64,000 nt of DNA from Zygnema circumcarinatum SAG 698-1b (lineage: Eukaryota; Plantae; Zygnematophyceae). This document shows positions 1 through 13,472 of the stretch, one piece after another; position 1 is the first letter of the stretch, and the number at the start of each line of letters is the position of its first letter. The stretch covers positions 2,790,001 through 2,854,000 of the forward strand of contig CM074812.1 of the NCBI GenBank assembly GCA_037447605.1, read 5' to 3'. The notes below the pieces were generated by a model. It saw only the letters and a list, made by a program, of their open reading frames with translations, did not search any database and was not told where the DNA came from. Both the position numbers and the translations under genes were made by a program.

Positions 1-27
1 GAGAGAGTGAGGGGGGGGGAGACTGAC

Positions 28-901
28 CTGGCACAAAGAGATAGAGCAGAAATACAGCCTGCCACGCTCCCCCCTGATTGGCCAGCATGAACCAGTAAAC
101 ATTGCGCTGTAGCCCAAGCAGGAGGGTCCAAAAGTAGAGCGCTACAGCCGCCTCAGCCGGCAGCTGTAGCAGAGGCCTCAGGGCAGGTCGGCGCAGCCAC
201 TGCCACTGTGAGCGCTGTAGCACGGAGAGCATGCGGGAGAGGGGCCTGCAGGGAGGGGGAGGAGTGGGGAGCAGGGGGGGGGAGGGAGAGGGAGGAGAGA
301 GGAAGTGGAGGGAGGGAGAGGAGGGAAGGGGAGGGGAGGAGGGGGGGGGAGGGGAAGAGGGGGGGGAGGGAGAGGGAGGAGAGAGGAAGAGGAGGGAAGG
401 AGAGGAGGGAAGGAGAGGGGGGGAGGAAGGGGGAGGGAGGGGGAGGAGAGAGGAAGAGTAGGAAGGGAGAGGAGGGAAGGAGAGGGGGGGGGGAAGGGAA
501 AGGGAGGAAGACAGAGGGTGGAGGGAATGGAGGGAGTGGAGGGAGAGGGAGGAGGGATGGGGAATGGGAGAGGAGGGTTGGAGAGGGGGGAGGGAGAGGA
601 GGGATCAAGGGAGAGAGCGGAGCGCAAGGGAGGAGGACAAGGAGGGGTAGGACGGAGAAAGGAGAGAGAGGAACGAGGAGGAAGAGCGGGAGAGAATTAG
701 AACGAAAAAGTGAGGGAGAAAGTATGAAATTTCTTTTCGAAATTGGCAAAAAAAAAGGGTCCCTCTGTCTCTCTATCTGTCTTCCTCGCCCTCTCCCTCC
801 TACTCTCTGCTTTTCTTTGTCACTCTCTCTCTCGCTTTCACTGTCCCTCTACCTTTCCCTCTCTCTCCCTCTCCCTGTCTCTCCCTCTCTCGCTCCCTCT
901 C

Positions 902-932
<31 letters not shown>

Positions 933-1352
933 AACCTGCGAAAGGTGTGGTTTAATCTCCCTGTGATCGATCAATTCTCTCCATTCTCTCCTCTCTCTAT
1001 TTTCTATATGTATATTCTTATAAAATATTTAGCAGACAGAAAAAGATTTCAAATGGATTCTCATTGGCTTAAGTTTAGTTAACTACTCAAAACATTAAAT
1101 GACTAAACTTTCTCTTCTTTGACCAAATTTAACTTTTTCCTATGGAGTCCAGAATAAAGAATGCTTATTTTTCCGTTCTTTATTTTTTCGTTTGTTATAT
1201 ATTTTTTTTTTTGCCATGTTTGGAACCACATCACCACATAGGGTTTGGATCGTCCTCTTTTTTGATGATCTAAAGTTGATCCGATAAGTTTGGATAGGTG
1301 GAACCGAATCAAGTCTTTACCCTCAAATGCAATACAAAAAGAGAGAGGGAGC

Positions 1353-1408
<56 letters not shown>

Positions 1409-1709
1409 GAGACAGAGAGAGGGGGAGAGAGAGGGGGGGCAGAGAGGGAGGGGGGAAAAGAGAGAGCGGGGGAGGGAGAGATAGAGGGAAAAAGAGGGAG
1501 GGGGAGAGAGCGAGAGGGAAAGAGAGATATGGAGAGAGAGAGAGGGAGAGAGAGATGGGGGTAGAGAGAGAGGGGGGGGGGAAGAGAGAGCGGGGGAGGG
1601 AGAGATAGAAGGAAAAAGAGAGAGGGGGAGAGAAAGAGGGAAAGTGAGAGTGGGGGAGAGAGAGCACACCTCTGCGAAGGGTTTCCCGAGTAGCATGGCG
1701 GACTTTCGC
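28..1709 (-). CDS. Partial multi-exon gene for an unidentified hydrophobic (probable membrane) protein; continues beyond the window start
   Basis: Candidate GT-AG exons at ~1709-1670, 960-936 and 245-28 join in phase to AKVRHATRETLRRGRLNHTFRRPLSRMLSVLQRSQWQWLRRPALRPLLQLPAEAAVALYFWTLLLGLQRNVYWFMLANQGGAWQAVFLLYLFVP. There are no stops and two hydrophobic segments. The 5' exons were not resolved and the family was not recognised. Confidence 0.45.
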
Positions 1710-3989
1710 CTTGCGAGGGAAAGTGTGGAGAGCGCGGCAGCGGGATGTCAAAGCGGTAGAGCGAAGCCCAGCGGGGGAGGCGGGGAGAGGGAGAGGGGGA
1801 GGGACAGGGAGAGGGAGAGGAGGGAGGGAGGAGGGGGACAGAGGGAGAGGGGGAGGGAGAGGCGAAGGGAGAGAAAGGGGCACGTGGGGAGGGAGAAGAG
1901 AAGGGAGAGGGAGGGGCATGTGGGGAGGGAGAGGGAGAGGGAGAAGGAGAAGGAGAAGGAGAGGGAGGGGGAGGGGTTGAGGGAGGGGGAGGGGGTGAGG
2001 GAGAGGGGCGAGGAGGGAGAGCGGGAGAGGGAGATGCAGGGGAGGAGTGAGTTAACATGGGGGGAAGTGTGGGAAAATGGAGTCAGGTCGGAGATGGGGA
2101 GAGGGGGAGCGTGTGGCTTAGGGTGAGTAGGGGTTGCATTGGAAGAGTGGGGGAGGGGGAGGGAGTGGGGAGTGAGGGAGTGAGAGAGGGGGAGGAGGAG
2201 GGAGTGGGAAGAGAGAGAGTGAGAGAGGGGGAGGGGGAGGGAGTGGGGAGAGAAGGAGTGAGCGAGGGGGAGGGGGAGTAGGGAGAGAGGGAGTGAGAGA
2301 GGAGGGGGAGGGAGTGGGGAGAGAGGGAGTGAGAGAGAGGGAGGAAGAGGGAGAGGAAGAGGGAGAGTGGAGGAGAAGGCCCAGAGAGGGAGAGGTGGGG
2401 AGATAGAGAATTGAGGGCTTAAGAGAGAGGGAAAAAGAGAGAGGGAGAGAGAGAGAGAGAGAGAGAGAGGAAGATCAGCAGGACATTCGAATGGCGAAGT
2501 TCTGAGGCGAATTTTGCTGAGGAGGATTCTGGACCCTGAACCCTGAAGGAACTGTACGGATCTCTGAATTGTACGGACGGATCTAAACCCTGCCAGGTGG
2601 AGAGGGAGAGGGAGGGAAAGGAAGAAGGAGAGGGAGGGAGTGGGAGGGAGAGGCAGGTAGAGGGAGGGAGAGGGAGAGGGGGGGGAGTGGTAGGGAGAGG
2701 CAAGGAGAAAGAGGGAGAGGGAGAGGGGGGCGAGTGGGAGGGAGAGGCAGGGAGCGAGAGGGAGCGGGAGAGGGAGTGAGAGGGAAGGAGTTGAGGGAGA
2801 GAAAGGGAGGGAGGTAGAGTGAAGGGGAGCGCGCGAAAAGCGTGTAACGGCTCAATGGCAGTCTTTTGTACAAAATGCGTACGAATTTGATACGGAATCC
2901 TTGTACGGAGTTGTTACTGTATATATATGTTACAGTACGAAATTGGTACAAAAGCCTGTCTAGTTTCAATCATCTTTTTCTTTCTAGTTTCCGGCAGGGA
3001 ACGTTTTAGCTGCCCGGAAAAGCTTGCAGGTAAAAATTGCCTGGAAAGTTATCAGAGTTTGAAACTTGAAGTTTGGATCTGCCCGAAAATTTAATCATTT
3101 CTTTTGTATAGATGTTTTGTTCGCTTTCTATAATGGAAACAATGAAACAAATTACAAAGCTGCGTTCCAGATGAGTCCCAATTGAGACCTGCCGTTCTTA
3201 GTCAAATGACGATAAACGCTTTTGAGAAATGTTACTTGCTGACCGTTTTTTCTGGCTCGAAAGTTTTCTCCCTGAGCTAGAAGGAAGGAAATTACTTCTA
3301 TTGATTCAAGAAAATATTTTTGCATCTGAAATTTTCGATTTTTTTGTACGGTCAATTCGCCGCAGGACAATTTTTTGAATGGAAAATTCGATTTTTTTTT
3401 GCCTTCGTGCCAGTTTCTGCGCATTTGACATTTCCGGAATTTCCATAACCAAAATGGCAGCGCTCAAACGATTCTCAAATTTAAATTCCAATTTTTTTCT
3501 GATCTGGATTTCTCGTACGGACGCAAAAGGACAGGTCCCAGCCGGTCACTGTCCGCACGCGCGAAAAAAAAAAAGACCAACTGGCCAATGAAAAAATGCC
3601 ACGTGGCGTGACAGACCTATCTGGCACAACTAGGCCACCATGGCCAGTAAAGTATCGGCAATTCCGTAAAGCATTTATACTGACAATATCGATAATACCG
3701 TATCGCAATATCACAAATATCGCAAGTATCTCAAATATCTAGGTATCGAAAATATCGTACACATCGGCATCAATACGTTACCATACATCGTCAACGTCGC
3801 CCCAACATATTTCCAAAATATCGCACATGTATAGACACCGATATTTTCCGAATATTGTGTACTGTATATGTAGTGTTACCGATATCGATAATATCTGAGA
3901 CATGATACACGTAGCGTTTTCGATACTGAAAGTTTGCTATCGAATACTGAAAAGCTTTGGGAGCAAGACGAGACTACGACTGGATGCGG

Positions 3990-4325
3990 AACTGCTTAGA
4001 ACTGAAACAGTAACTGACACTGTAGCTGAAACTGCAATTGCAACTCTTACTTTAACTGTAACTGTAACTGTAACTCGAACTTTAACTGGAACAGTACCTG
4101 GAACTGCAACTGGAACTATAACTTTAAATTGTAACTGTAAACTTTAAAAGCAGCTCTTAGAAACAATGGGAACAGTTATTGGCGCAATGTAACTGAAAGT
4201 GTAGCTGAAAATGCAACTGAAACTCTGACTTAAACTTACACTGTAACTGAAACTGTAACTGAAACTGTAACTGGAACTTTGGCCGAAACTGGAACTGTAA
4301 CTGGAACAGTAACTGGAACTAAGAT
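3990..4325. repeat. Degenerate 6-bp-period tandem repeat (AACTGT/AACTGA/AACTGG)
   Basis: Runs such as actgtaactgtaactgaaactgtaactggaact; similar tracts at ~14200-14300, ~29710-29830 and ~40800-40860. Confidence 0.75.
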
Positions 4326-4638
4326 TGCTTCCGTTATATGCTACACGTTTCCTTACCAGTTTCGTACTTTTGCTTGCTTGCAAAATCCTATAAGCCCGTA
4401 AACCCAAAATCCTAAAACCCTAAACCCTCAACCCTAACCACTGAATTCCTGCCAGTTTTACAGCGCACGCCTTAACATTACTGAAACAAACAACTGAACT
4501 GTACACATGAAAATCAAGAAACCCCAATTGTTTGCCTCTCTATCTCCTTTCGCTCTCTCTCTCGCTCTCACTTGCTCTCTCTCTCTCCCTCTCTCGCTCT
4601 CCCTCACTTTCTCTCTCAATGCCGCGTTGGATTGTACT

Positions 4639-5115
4639 CTACAATACTTGGAAAAAGCCGGTTTGCTCAGAGACTCTGCAAAAAAAAGGGGGGGGGAGAG
4701 TGAGAGAGAGAGAGAGAGGGAGGGAGGGAGAGGAGAAGGAGGGAGAGAGAGATCCTCTCTCTTCCTCAAAGATGGTCCTCCACATGTGCCACAAAGTACA
4801 AAGGCAAATCCAGAAACCAATGAACAAGTAAATCAAAAATATACGAAATAATCAGAAAGGAATTAATCAAACTTTGACTCAGAATTTCATATTGAACTCA
4901 CTTGTGATCTTGCGGATTCGGCATCGCTTCATAAACGACATTTGTTACCGCCGATCGAACCATCTATACCCCATTTAGACACCATATGCTTCCATATAGT
5001 TAAAAAGAAAATAACGAAATCAGGGTAGGGGGTACAATTCCCATCATCTCTTATGCCAAAGAGGAAGAAGAAGAAACTGAAAACTAGATGGAATGCGTAC
5101 ATACGATATGAATGA

Positions 5116-5149
<34 letters not shown>

Positions 5150-8100
5150 CAGAGAGACTCACCTTTGTCGCTTCTCCTTTAAACCCGATAAAATAAATTT
5201 TCGTCCTATCGTTCCCAAAATTTTCCGGAAAATGTAAAACCAAATTCGCCACTCCCTGAAATCTGGAATATCTGCTTCACCAAATGCAAAGGTTTAGCAA
5301 GTAAGTGAGAGGGCCGGGAGTGGAGGGAGGGAGGGGGGGTGAGAGGGAAGGGTGGGAGGGAGAGAGGGAGCGAGGGCCTAAAACCCTACAACCCCTAACC
5401 CTTAATCTAAAACCCTTAAACGCAATCCTCCACCCTAATCCAAAACCCTACACCCAAAGCCGTAATTCGCCCTACATCTTAAAGCCCTAAACTCTAAACC
5501 CTCAACCCTACACCCTTAGCCCTAAACCCTAAACCCTTAATCCTACACCCTAAAACCCTAAACCCTAAACCCTACACCCTACGCCCCCCCACCCACCTCG
5601 TCGGATACTCCAACTCTCCGCTCAAATTCTCAGCCAACTCCCATTCCTGCATCCACCCAACGGTCGAAGTTGTCACGTCACGTCACTACACGTCACGTCA
5701 CGTCCCATTTTCAAGGTCGTTAACATCACGTCACGTGACGTCACTGGCATGACGGGTAACACCGTGGTCCCGGCGGGGAACGTTTGAAAGATTGCACCCC
5801 GAATGAATTCTTTGCTAAAAACAAAAAAAGGTAATAAAAAAGGAGAAGGAGAGTTGAGAAAGGAGGGAGCGAGAGAGAGAGGAAGGAGAGATGAAAAGCG
5901 GCAAAAAAAGTTTGTGGGTGGTTGGACCTGCACGGACGGGAGATCGTTCACATTTGAAAAGTCGATATCTTCGCGATTGATGAATCTGCCATGGAAGAAA
6001 ATAAGAGAGAGCAGTTGCTATGAATTCAAGGGTTGCCAAAGTCGGTGTGGGTCTGCACGTGAATCTATTCAGAGGGAGGAGGGAGGGGGGAGAGGGAGGG
6101 GGGAGGGGGGGNNNNNNNNNNAGGGAGGAGGGAGGAGTGAGGAAGGGAGGTGGAGGGGGGAGGAAGGAGGGAGGGGGGAGGGGGGGGGGTGGGGGTAGGG
6201 AGGACGGATGGGGGAGGGGAATGGGAAGAGGAGGGATGAGGGAGAATGGAGGCCGGAGGTGGGAATGTGAAGAGGAGAGGAGGGAGGAGGGAGGGGGAAG
6301 GGGGAAGGAGAGAGGAGGGAGGAGAGAGGCAGGAGAAGATGCGAGGGAGGGAGGGGGGGAAGTGGGGAGGTAGAGGAGGGAAGGGAAAAGATGAAAGAGA
6401 GAGCGATGGTTGGAGAGGCACGAAGGTGGGGAAATCAAGAGGGATGAAGAGAGAGGAAATAGGAGGGAGGAGGTAGAGGGGTTCAAGGAGAGAGGGAGGG
6501 ATGGAAGGAGGGAGAGTGGGATGGTGGGAGAGGCGAGGAGGGAGGAGGGAGGGATAAAACAAAAACGTACGTCCGCATTCGTGACGGACTCGTCCCATCG
6601 GTTCCGCCAATGACTGAAATGCTTCGAATCTTCACATCACAAGTGAACCTGAAAAAAAAATCGAAACGAACGAAAATGCAAAAGAAAAAGGAACAAGTTG
6701 AGGAAAAAAACTAGAGGAGAAAAACGAACCAAAAGGGCAGAAAAGTATTTTTTGTATGAATTTTAGTCTACTCACGATTCAGACACGTGCGAATTAAACA
6801 AAAACGAAACGAAAAGACACGAAACTTTTAAAAATTTCGTTCTTCCCACCCTTTGCTCTTCCTCCTGTCTCTCTGTTCTCCTCTCTCTCTCCTCCCTCCC
6901 TCCCTCCAGCCTCTCTCCATCCCTCCTACCTCGCCCCCTCCCTCCCTCCCTCCACTCTCCCTCTCCCTCCTACCTCCTCCCTCCACCTCCCTCCTCTTCC
7001 ACTCCTCTCTGACTCTCTCTTTGCCTCCCACTCTCTCTCCCCCCTCCTCTCTCATTCCTCTCTCCCTCACTACCTCCTCTCTCATTCCTCTCTCTCTCAC
7101 TCCCTCTCTCATTCCTCTCTCACTCCCTATTCTCTCACTCTTCTCTCCCTCCCTCCATCCACTCTCCCTCCCTCCTCTCTAACTCCTCTCCCTCTCACTC
7201 CCTCCCCTCTCCCATTCCTTCCCCCCTCCCTCCTCTCCCATTCCTCCACCCCCCCCCTCCTCCCTCTCTCTCTCTCCTCTCGACATACGGGATGAAAACA
7301 ATGAGCTCCGGGTCTCCGTCGTCGCTCTCTAAACACTGCACTCCCAAAAAACAATAAATAAATAAATAAATAACAAAGAAGAGAAAGATGTCGAGGAGTA
7401 CTTTAATAAGGTAAAAGTGATGGATTTGAAAAAGAAAGAAAATGGAATGCCTTTAGCTGAAGCTCGCACGATGCTGAGCGCTCTCACTCTCTCCTTCAGT
7501 CTCTCCCTCTCTCCTCTCTACAACTCTCTCATTCAGCCGACTGTCATCCCGATTATCACTAACTGATCCAATATCCTCTAATTTCCCATCTGTCACCGTT
7601 TCGTCCTCTCTTTCTCTCTCTTCTCTTTCTCTCTCTCCTCTTTCTCTCTCTCCCCCTTCTCTCTCACCTATCCTTTACCCTTTCCTGCTCTACCTCACTC
7701 ACACTCTCACTCTCGCTTTCTCTCCCTCCCCGTGTAGCCACTTTGTCCAACTAGATGGGAGACACAGAGAGAAAAGTGAGAGGATGAGAAAGCGAGAGAT
7801 ACAGAGACAGAGACAGACGAAGAGCGAGCGCGAGAGAGAGAGAGCGAGAGCGAGAGCAAGAGGGAGAGAGAGCAAGAGCGAGAGAGAGAGCGAGAGAGAG
7901 GGAGAGAGGGAGAGGGCTACATGAGAGAAGTTGAGACGCTCTTCCCAACTCCGTAAAACCGTTTTGGCGCTTCCCTCCATCGCTTCGTTCAGCGCGCGGA
8001 CCTGCGCAGGAGGAGGGGAAACCACTAGGAATTATGGAACGTTAAAACCATAAAAACAGCAAACAAGTACGACAAGACTGATTCACTTTATTTAATAATG

Positions 8101-8633
8101 TTCATAATGTTATTTAGCCATTCAAGTCATTACATAATTTACATGTTTTCACAAACACGGTGAATGCGTTAGTGTATGCATTGGATGTAGGCTGTACACA
8201 TTAGAGCAGCCCATTGACCTGCATTAACCCCTAAATCCTACACCCTGAACCCGGAGCCCAGACCCTAACCCTAACCTCAACCCTAAACCCTAACCCTAAC
8301 CCTAACCGTTACCCTAACCCTAACCCTAAACCCTAAACCCTAAACCCTAAGCCCTAACCTCAACCCTAACCCTAAACCCTAACCTCAACCCTAAGCCTAA
8401 ACCCTAACCCTCCTCATCCCTAACTTTCAATCCTGAGCCTTAAACCCTACCGCTTGAACCCTGAGCCTGCCACCTTTCCATTCAAACGCTCTGCCTTAAA
8501 CCTTAAATCCTAACCCCTCCCCTCCCCTCCCCTGCACCTTGGGAGTGTCCACGTGGCGGCAGAGCGACCACTCCTCCGCACAGCCGTGGTCGCCGCACTC
8601 GTGCGCGTGTGCGCAGCTCGCGCTGTGTGCCAT
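4639..8633 (-). CDS. PITHD1: PITH domain-containing protein 1 homolog, 9 exons, 205 aa
   Basis: Exons 8633-8538, 8001-7921, 7335-7289, 6648-6571, 5985-5928, 5646-5597, 5271-5163, 4963-4902 and 4675-4639 are all GT-AG and phase-compatible (618 nt). They give MAHSASCAHAHECGDHGCAEEWSLCRHVDTPKVRALNEAMEGSAKTVLRSWEERLNFSHCLESDDGDPELIVFIPFTCDVKIRSISVIGGTDGTSPSRMRTFINREDIDFSNVNDLPSVQEWELAENLSGELEYPTRYSRFQGVANLVLHFPENFGNDRTKIYFIGFKGEATKMVRSAVTNVVYEAMPNPQDHKVSEQTGFFQVL, which matches plant PITH-family motifs as I recall them. Confidence 0.95.
5381..5585. repeat. Interstitial telomere-like tract (degenerate CCCTAAA) in a PITHD1 intron
   Basis: Repeated aaaccct/ccctaaa/ccctaca variants. Confidence 0.8.
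8263..8423. repeat. Interstitial telomere-like tract mixing CCCTAA and CCCTAAA units in PITHD1 intron 1
   Basis: ccctaaccctaacc...ccctaaaccctaaaccctaaaccc; CCCTGAA variants continue upstream of the ATG at 8640-8890. Confidence 0.85.
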
Positions 8634-11600
8634 GGCGCCTGCAAAACCCTGAACCTTGGAACCCTAAACCCTGAATTCTAGAAACCCTGAACCCTGAACC
8701 CTAAAGCCCTCGGCCGTACAGTCCTGAAGCCTGAACCCTAGCCCTCGGCCGTACGACTCTGAACCCTGAACCTGAACCCTGCGTTCAGTCCTGAACCCTA
8801 CTGTAAACCCTAGAGCCCTCGGCCGTACGACCCTGAACCCTGAATCCTGAACCCTGAGGCCCTCGGACGTACAGCCCTGAACCCGATACAGTTCAACGAA
8901 TAAATGGCTGAACCCGATTTGTCAACAGAATCCATTTTCCAATCCTGGCCACCACGTAGGACGACTGGCTGACATGGCAATCAGGGATTGGATGATTCTC
9001 CTATCCGTTCTGCATGTTCACACGGTCGGAAAGGTCCTTGTACTATTTTTTGTGTTTGTCGTTGTCCGTGGACATGACGACAGCTCTGGTGCGTGCTCCT
9101 TTTGAGGTGGCCCAGCCACGCTAGGGTTCGTCGCACACCCCAAAGGCCTTGCCTTTAGGTGCGGGCACAGGCGGGAGGGCCCGGGCATGTGTCCCTACTA
9201 TGGATCCTTCACGAATTCCCAGCGCATGCATGCATAAATACATACATAAGTACTTATATGACTACATGCATGCATGCATGCGTATGTCCATGTGCATGCC
9301 CATGCCATCGGCCATGCACATGCAAGGCCCGGCGGCATCACAGCGGTCACATGCAACAGCCTTATTCAACTGCGACCAGGTTCAACATTGAACTGTCACA
9401 TATCACGGAACTCCCAATCTCCCTCTCCCTCTCTCAACTCTCCCTCTCCTTCTCCGTCCCTCCCCCCTCTTCTGTCCCTTTCCCCCACTCCCCCCCCCCT
9501 CTCGTCCTTCCTTCGTCTATCGCCCTCTCTCCCTCTCTCTCTCTCTTTGCTCTCTCTCTCTTCCTATTTTTCTTTTCTTTTTGGTCTTTCTTGAACGCTC
9601 TTTCCCCCTCTCTCTTATCTCTTTCAACTCCTTTCCTTTCCCCCCTCTCTCCCTCCCCCTCTCGCTAACTCCTCTCCACTCTCTAGAAAGTGCTTTAAGA
9701 AGAAGGTAAACCTATCCATACATTCCCTACTGGACTCTATAGAGCTGGTAAAGAAAGATTTATAAGGTGCTGCTCCACGAAGGGAGTGAGGGAGTAGGAG
9801 AGGAGGGAGAGAGGGAAACGGTCAAGAGGAGAGAAGGGGAAGGAAGCAGGGAATGGGAGAGAAGAGGAGAGGGTGAGAGGAAGGGGGGAAGGCGAAGGGA
9901 AACAGGGAGAGGAAAAGGGATAAAGGGACTGCCTCTCTCACTCTCGCCCACTCTCTCACTCTCAATGGGGGGCGCTCTACGCGGGGAGCTCTCCCTCTCT
10001 CTGCGCCTCTCTCTCTCTCTTTCTCTGTCTTCCCACTCTCTGCCCCCCCTTTCTCTCCCCTCTCTCCCCTCTCTCTCTCTCTGCCCTTCGCTCTTTCTCT
10101 CCCCCTCGCTCTTTCTCACCCGAGACCTCTCTTTCTCACTCTCACTCTCTCTCGCTTTCTTTCTTTCTCCCTCTCTCTCTTCCCACCTCTTTCTCTCGCT
10201 CTCCCTCTCGTACTCTCGACCTCTCTCTCTCTCTCGCTGGACGTTTTCCATTCGTTCTCCCGTCTCACCCTCCTCTCTCTTTCTCCCCCTCTCTTTCTCC
10301 CCTCCATCCTTCTGTCTCCCTGTGTCACCCTCCTGCCCTTCTTCCCCCCCTCCCTCCCTCCCTCCTTCCTCCTTCCCTCGAGAAAGACTGCAAAGATGCA
10401 TTCGCCTACGACAGCTTAAAAAACGCTCAAAGAAGAACATTCAACGCAATCCGACGAACAGTTTTGTCGTATACAATGTATTGTAGGAGGGCACAGAAAA
10501 CCATTTACATTTGCAAGCATGAACCACAAACTGAAAACCCAAAAATTGTAATGTGTTGAAAAGCCTTTAAAAGTGATCCTCCCTCTATCTCTACCTCTCC
10601 CTTTCTCCCTATTCACACATGGTTATGTGCTTCCTAGGTTCAACCACTAGTTTCAAAGGCTTTGCCAGCCACACAGTAAGCCCAACTTCACCGTTGAATC
10701 GATCGCCTCTTCCTTCAAAATTTCCCATTCAAAATGGTGCAGCAGATGGGCGAGCAAACAGATCCGCCCTCCAGTGCCAAAGGGAGGAAAGCTGAATCAC
10801 TTTCTCAAAAAAAAGCCCACAGTTGAACTCGCGTGGATTCGACCGCGTCTACGGATCATGGTGGATCGGCCACAAATTGATCTGCAACATCGTGCCCAAA
10901 CCACGCCTTTAGAGGTTAAGTGGGAGATAAGCAAAGGTCCACGGGTGGATGTTGGAGGATCTCCTTAAGAAGGGCCTTAAGAAAGGGATTTCTCAAGCTT
11001 CTCCTTCCCTTCTCCCTCTCCCTTTCCCTCTCCCTCTCTCCTCTCCCTCTCTCCTCTCCCTCTCCTCCCCCTCCATCTCCACCCAACCCCTTCTTTCCCA
11101 TCTCGCTCTTTCTGACTCTCCCTCTCTCGGCCTCTCTCCCACTCACTCTCTCGCACTCTCCCTCCAAGAAAAGAAAAGCAACCCTACCAGAGCCTTCAAA
11201 AAAGCGCCTCCCTCTCTCCCTCCCTTCGTTCGGCCCCCGTGGAATCACTCGCACGTGCGAGGATGCCTCCCCTTCTCCATGCGGACCTGTGAAACGCCGA
11301 ACATCGGACGCCATTGAACGCCGCAAAAACCTGTCATGACTGAACGGGAACGCCCCACGCCCGACGACGTTGATCGCCGCAAAAACCTGTTCTCGGCTGA
11401 AACGGTGTAACTGCGTAGCACATGATTGAACGGTTAGCTGTAGATGGGAGCACTCAGTTTGCTAATCCGTAATCTATCACGATGAATGTATTGCTTTGAG
11501 AGTCGGCAAGTTCCGTAAAACTCCAAAGCTGCTATCTGCTTGATAAAACGTGGATAGTTTTAGTCGTAGAATTGCAAGTGAAGCGCAAACCAACACTCAG

Positions 11601-11814
11601 AGAGGTAAATCTAGGACAGGGGGCCGGGGCCACCTGTTTCAGCAAGTATTAAACAATCAAGCCAAATAATAAAAAAGTGAACGATGGAAAACTTGTACTG
11701 TTGATAATTAACTCTCAACACACACGTATTTGAGTTATTTCAATGTACATGGAGGTTAAGTCCACTACTGACAAAGGACAGTTTGTCTTCATTAGTTCCT
11801 CAGATGTGGAAACT

Positions 11815-13472
11815 CTAAATTAGAGCCACCTCAACTGCATGGAACACAAAGGTGATGTTAACACAAGCAGACAAACAACGACACGTTTCTAAACGAGCAA
11901 AAGAAGGGAGGGGAGGCACAAAGGGGAGGAGGGAGGGAGTGGGAGAAGGAGAAATAGAGAGGAAGTAAGTGAAAGAGCAACAAAGTGAAAGAGTGAGAGA
12001 GCACGCGAAAGAGCGAGTGAGGCTGAGAACAAAAGGGAGAGAGAGAACGACACAGAGATGGAGAGAGTTTAACAAGTCATAGAAAAGGATGTTTGACCAA
12101 CAAATATAGAAAAAAAATAAGAGAACAAGAAAGAGAAAGGTAAGGAGTAGTACATTGTGTTTCTCACATGCGTCTCGATCCGCGAAAATGCTTTTTGCAA
12201 CTCGAGAATCCCTACCCTTCCGTAGTTGTCCTTGTGTATTGTCGGTCATATCTAATACAATTTCCTTTACCGCCGGGCAACTTATTAGCCAATCAAGCAA
12301 GCGAATGAAATCGAAGGGCGAATACTGTAATTTGCCCTTAAAGTAAAGTCGCGTCAGTTTCGAAAACTCAACATCCCTGAACGTCATAGGAATTGATAGC
12401 CACGTAAAAGGCGATTTGAACTTTATGGATTCCACATTGGCGCAGTTGATCTTGAAGAGGAACTCTTCTAATGCGTTCTCGCAAAAGCACGGACCAAAGA
12501 CATAGTGTTTAGCATTGAGTTTCCGGATATTGTTCGCACCTGCACTTGTACCTTTTGGAATCTGATATTAGTTTCTCCTTCAATATCGACCATCTGAAGT
12601 CTCGGCATATCCTCAGCAACCACCAAAGTCATGAGCCAACCATTGAAGGAGAAATTTTGAAGAGTAGGAACCTTGAGTATGAGATTTCCGGAAGAACCAA
12701 ATGATTGTGTAGACGCTATCTTCAAATTGATAAGATTTTGGTGATGGACAAATACATTTGACATGCGGCACTTGACAAAAACTAACTCTGCGTCTTCAAG
12801 GTTGGGAAATATGCCAAGAATTTCACTCAAAAAGTTGAAGTGTTTCCGATGTACTGTCAATTTCAAGGATTTTATACTCTCCAAAGGGAGAGAAAGCACC
12901 ATGTCCTCGAATAAGGAAACTTCAATTATGAGCTCTTCCAACGCTCTGAACATCCAGAGTGGTTCAAGATCCGTCCAATCAGACACAGATAAGAAGCGTA
13001 AAGATCGAACCGTTGCTCCCACTTCTTTTCCCCATGCACGCATAACTGCAGGAGAAACGCCGCCATGAAAGGCGAGGCGCTGCACCCCTGGAGCAATGTG
13101 GATAAGCCCTGCAAGCTTCAAATTTGCAACTGATTGAGATCGATGTCTTTTATATATCAATGAAAAAACTCTCGCATCGATCTTCAGACTTTCCACCGCG
13201 CTAACCCCCGCCATGAAAGCCTTGCAGACGGTGGAGAGGCGGATGAGTTCCTGCACATCGCCCCCGTCCGTGGAGCGAGTGAAGATGTCGGTGAGGAGAG
13301 GGAGAGGGAGGCCCGCCATGGCTCCTTCCTCTGCCATGGACTCACCCTCCGCCCTCCTCTTTGCGGCAGTCATGGCCATGGCGGCTGAGCAAAACCCTAA
13401 AAGTTCTGGGTGGAGGGCCTCCGAGGCTTTTGGGCCGAAGGGAAGAGAAGTGCCGCTGGCGGGTCCCTGCAT
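11815..13472 (-). CDS. F-box protein with LRR/FBD-type C-terminal region
   Basis: ORF 12468-13472 has an F-box-like segment (LPLPLLTDIFTRSTDGGDVQELIRLSTVCKAF) followed by LRR-like units (VRSLRFLSV, LEELII, IKSLKLTV, LEDAELVF, LINLKIAS, LQNFSFNG). The protein continues in another frame (INCANVESIKFKSPFTW...KLTRLYFKG...LISCPAVKEIVLD) through a short intron or a frameshift near 12451-12551. The likely start is ATG 13379 or 13337. The 3' end is unresolved. Confidence 0.75.

Noticed and set aside
3600-3910. Cluster of ATATCG/CGATAT motifs suggesting a DNA-transposon end
   Set aside because: No terminal inverted repeat or target-site duplication could be defined.
9225-9335. CATG-rich stretch (also (ATGGC)n at 32208-32253) as RY regulatory elements
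   Set aside because: These look like simple-sequence expansions with no modular context or clear target gene.
9680-11000. Possible plus-strand exons (e.g. KDCKDAFAYDSLKNAQRR..., MLEDLLKKGLKKG) forming a gene divergent from PITHD1
   Set aside because: I could not build a phase-consistent model or recognise a family; it may be a decayed transposase or UTR.
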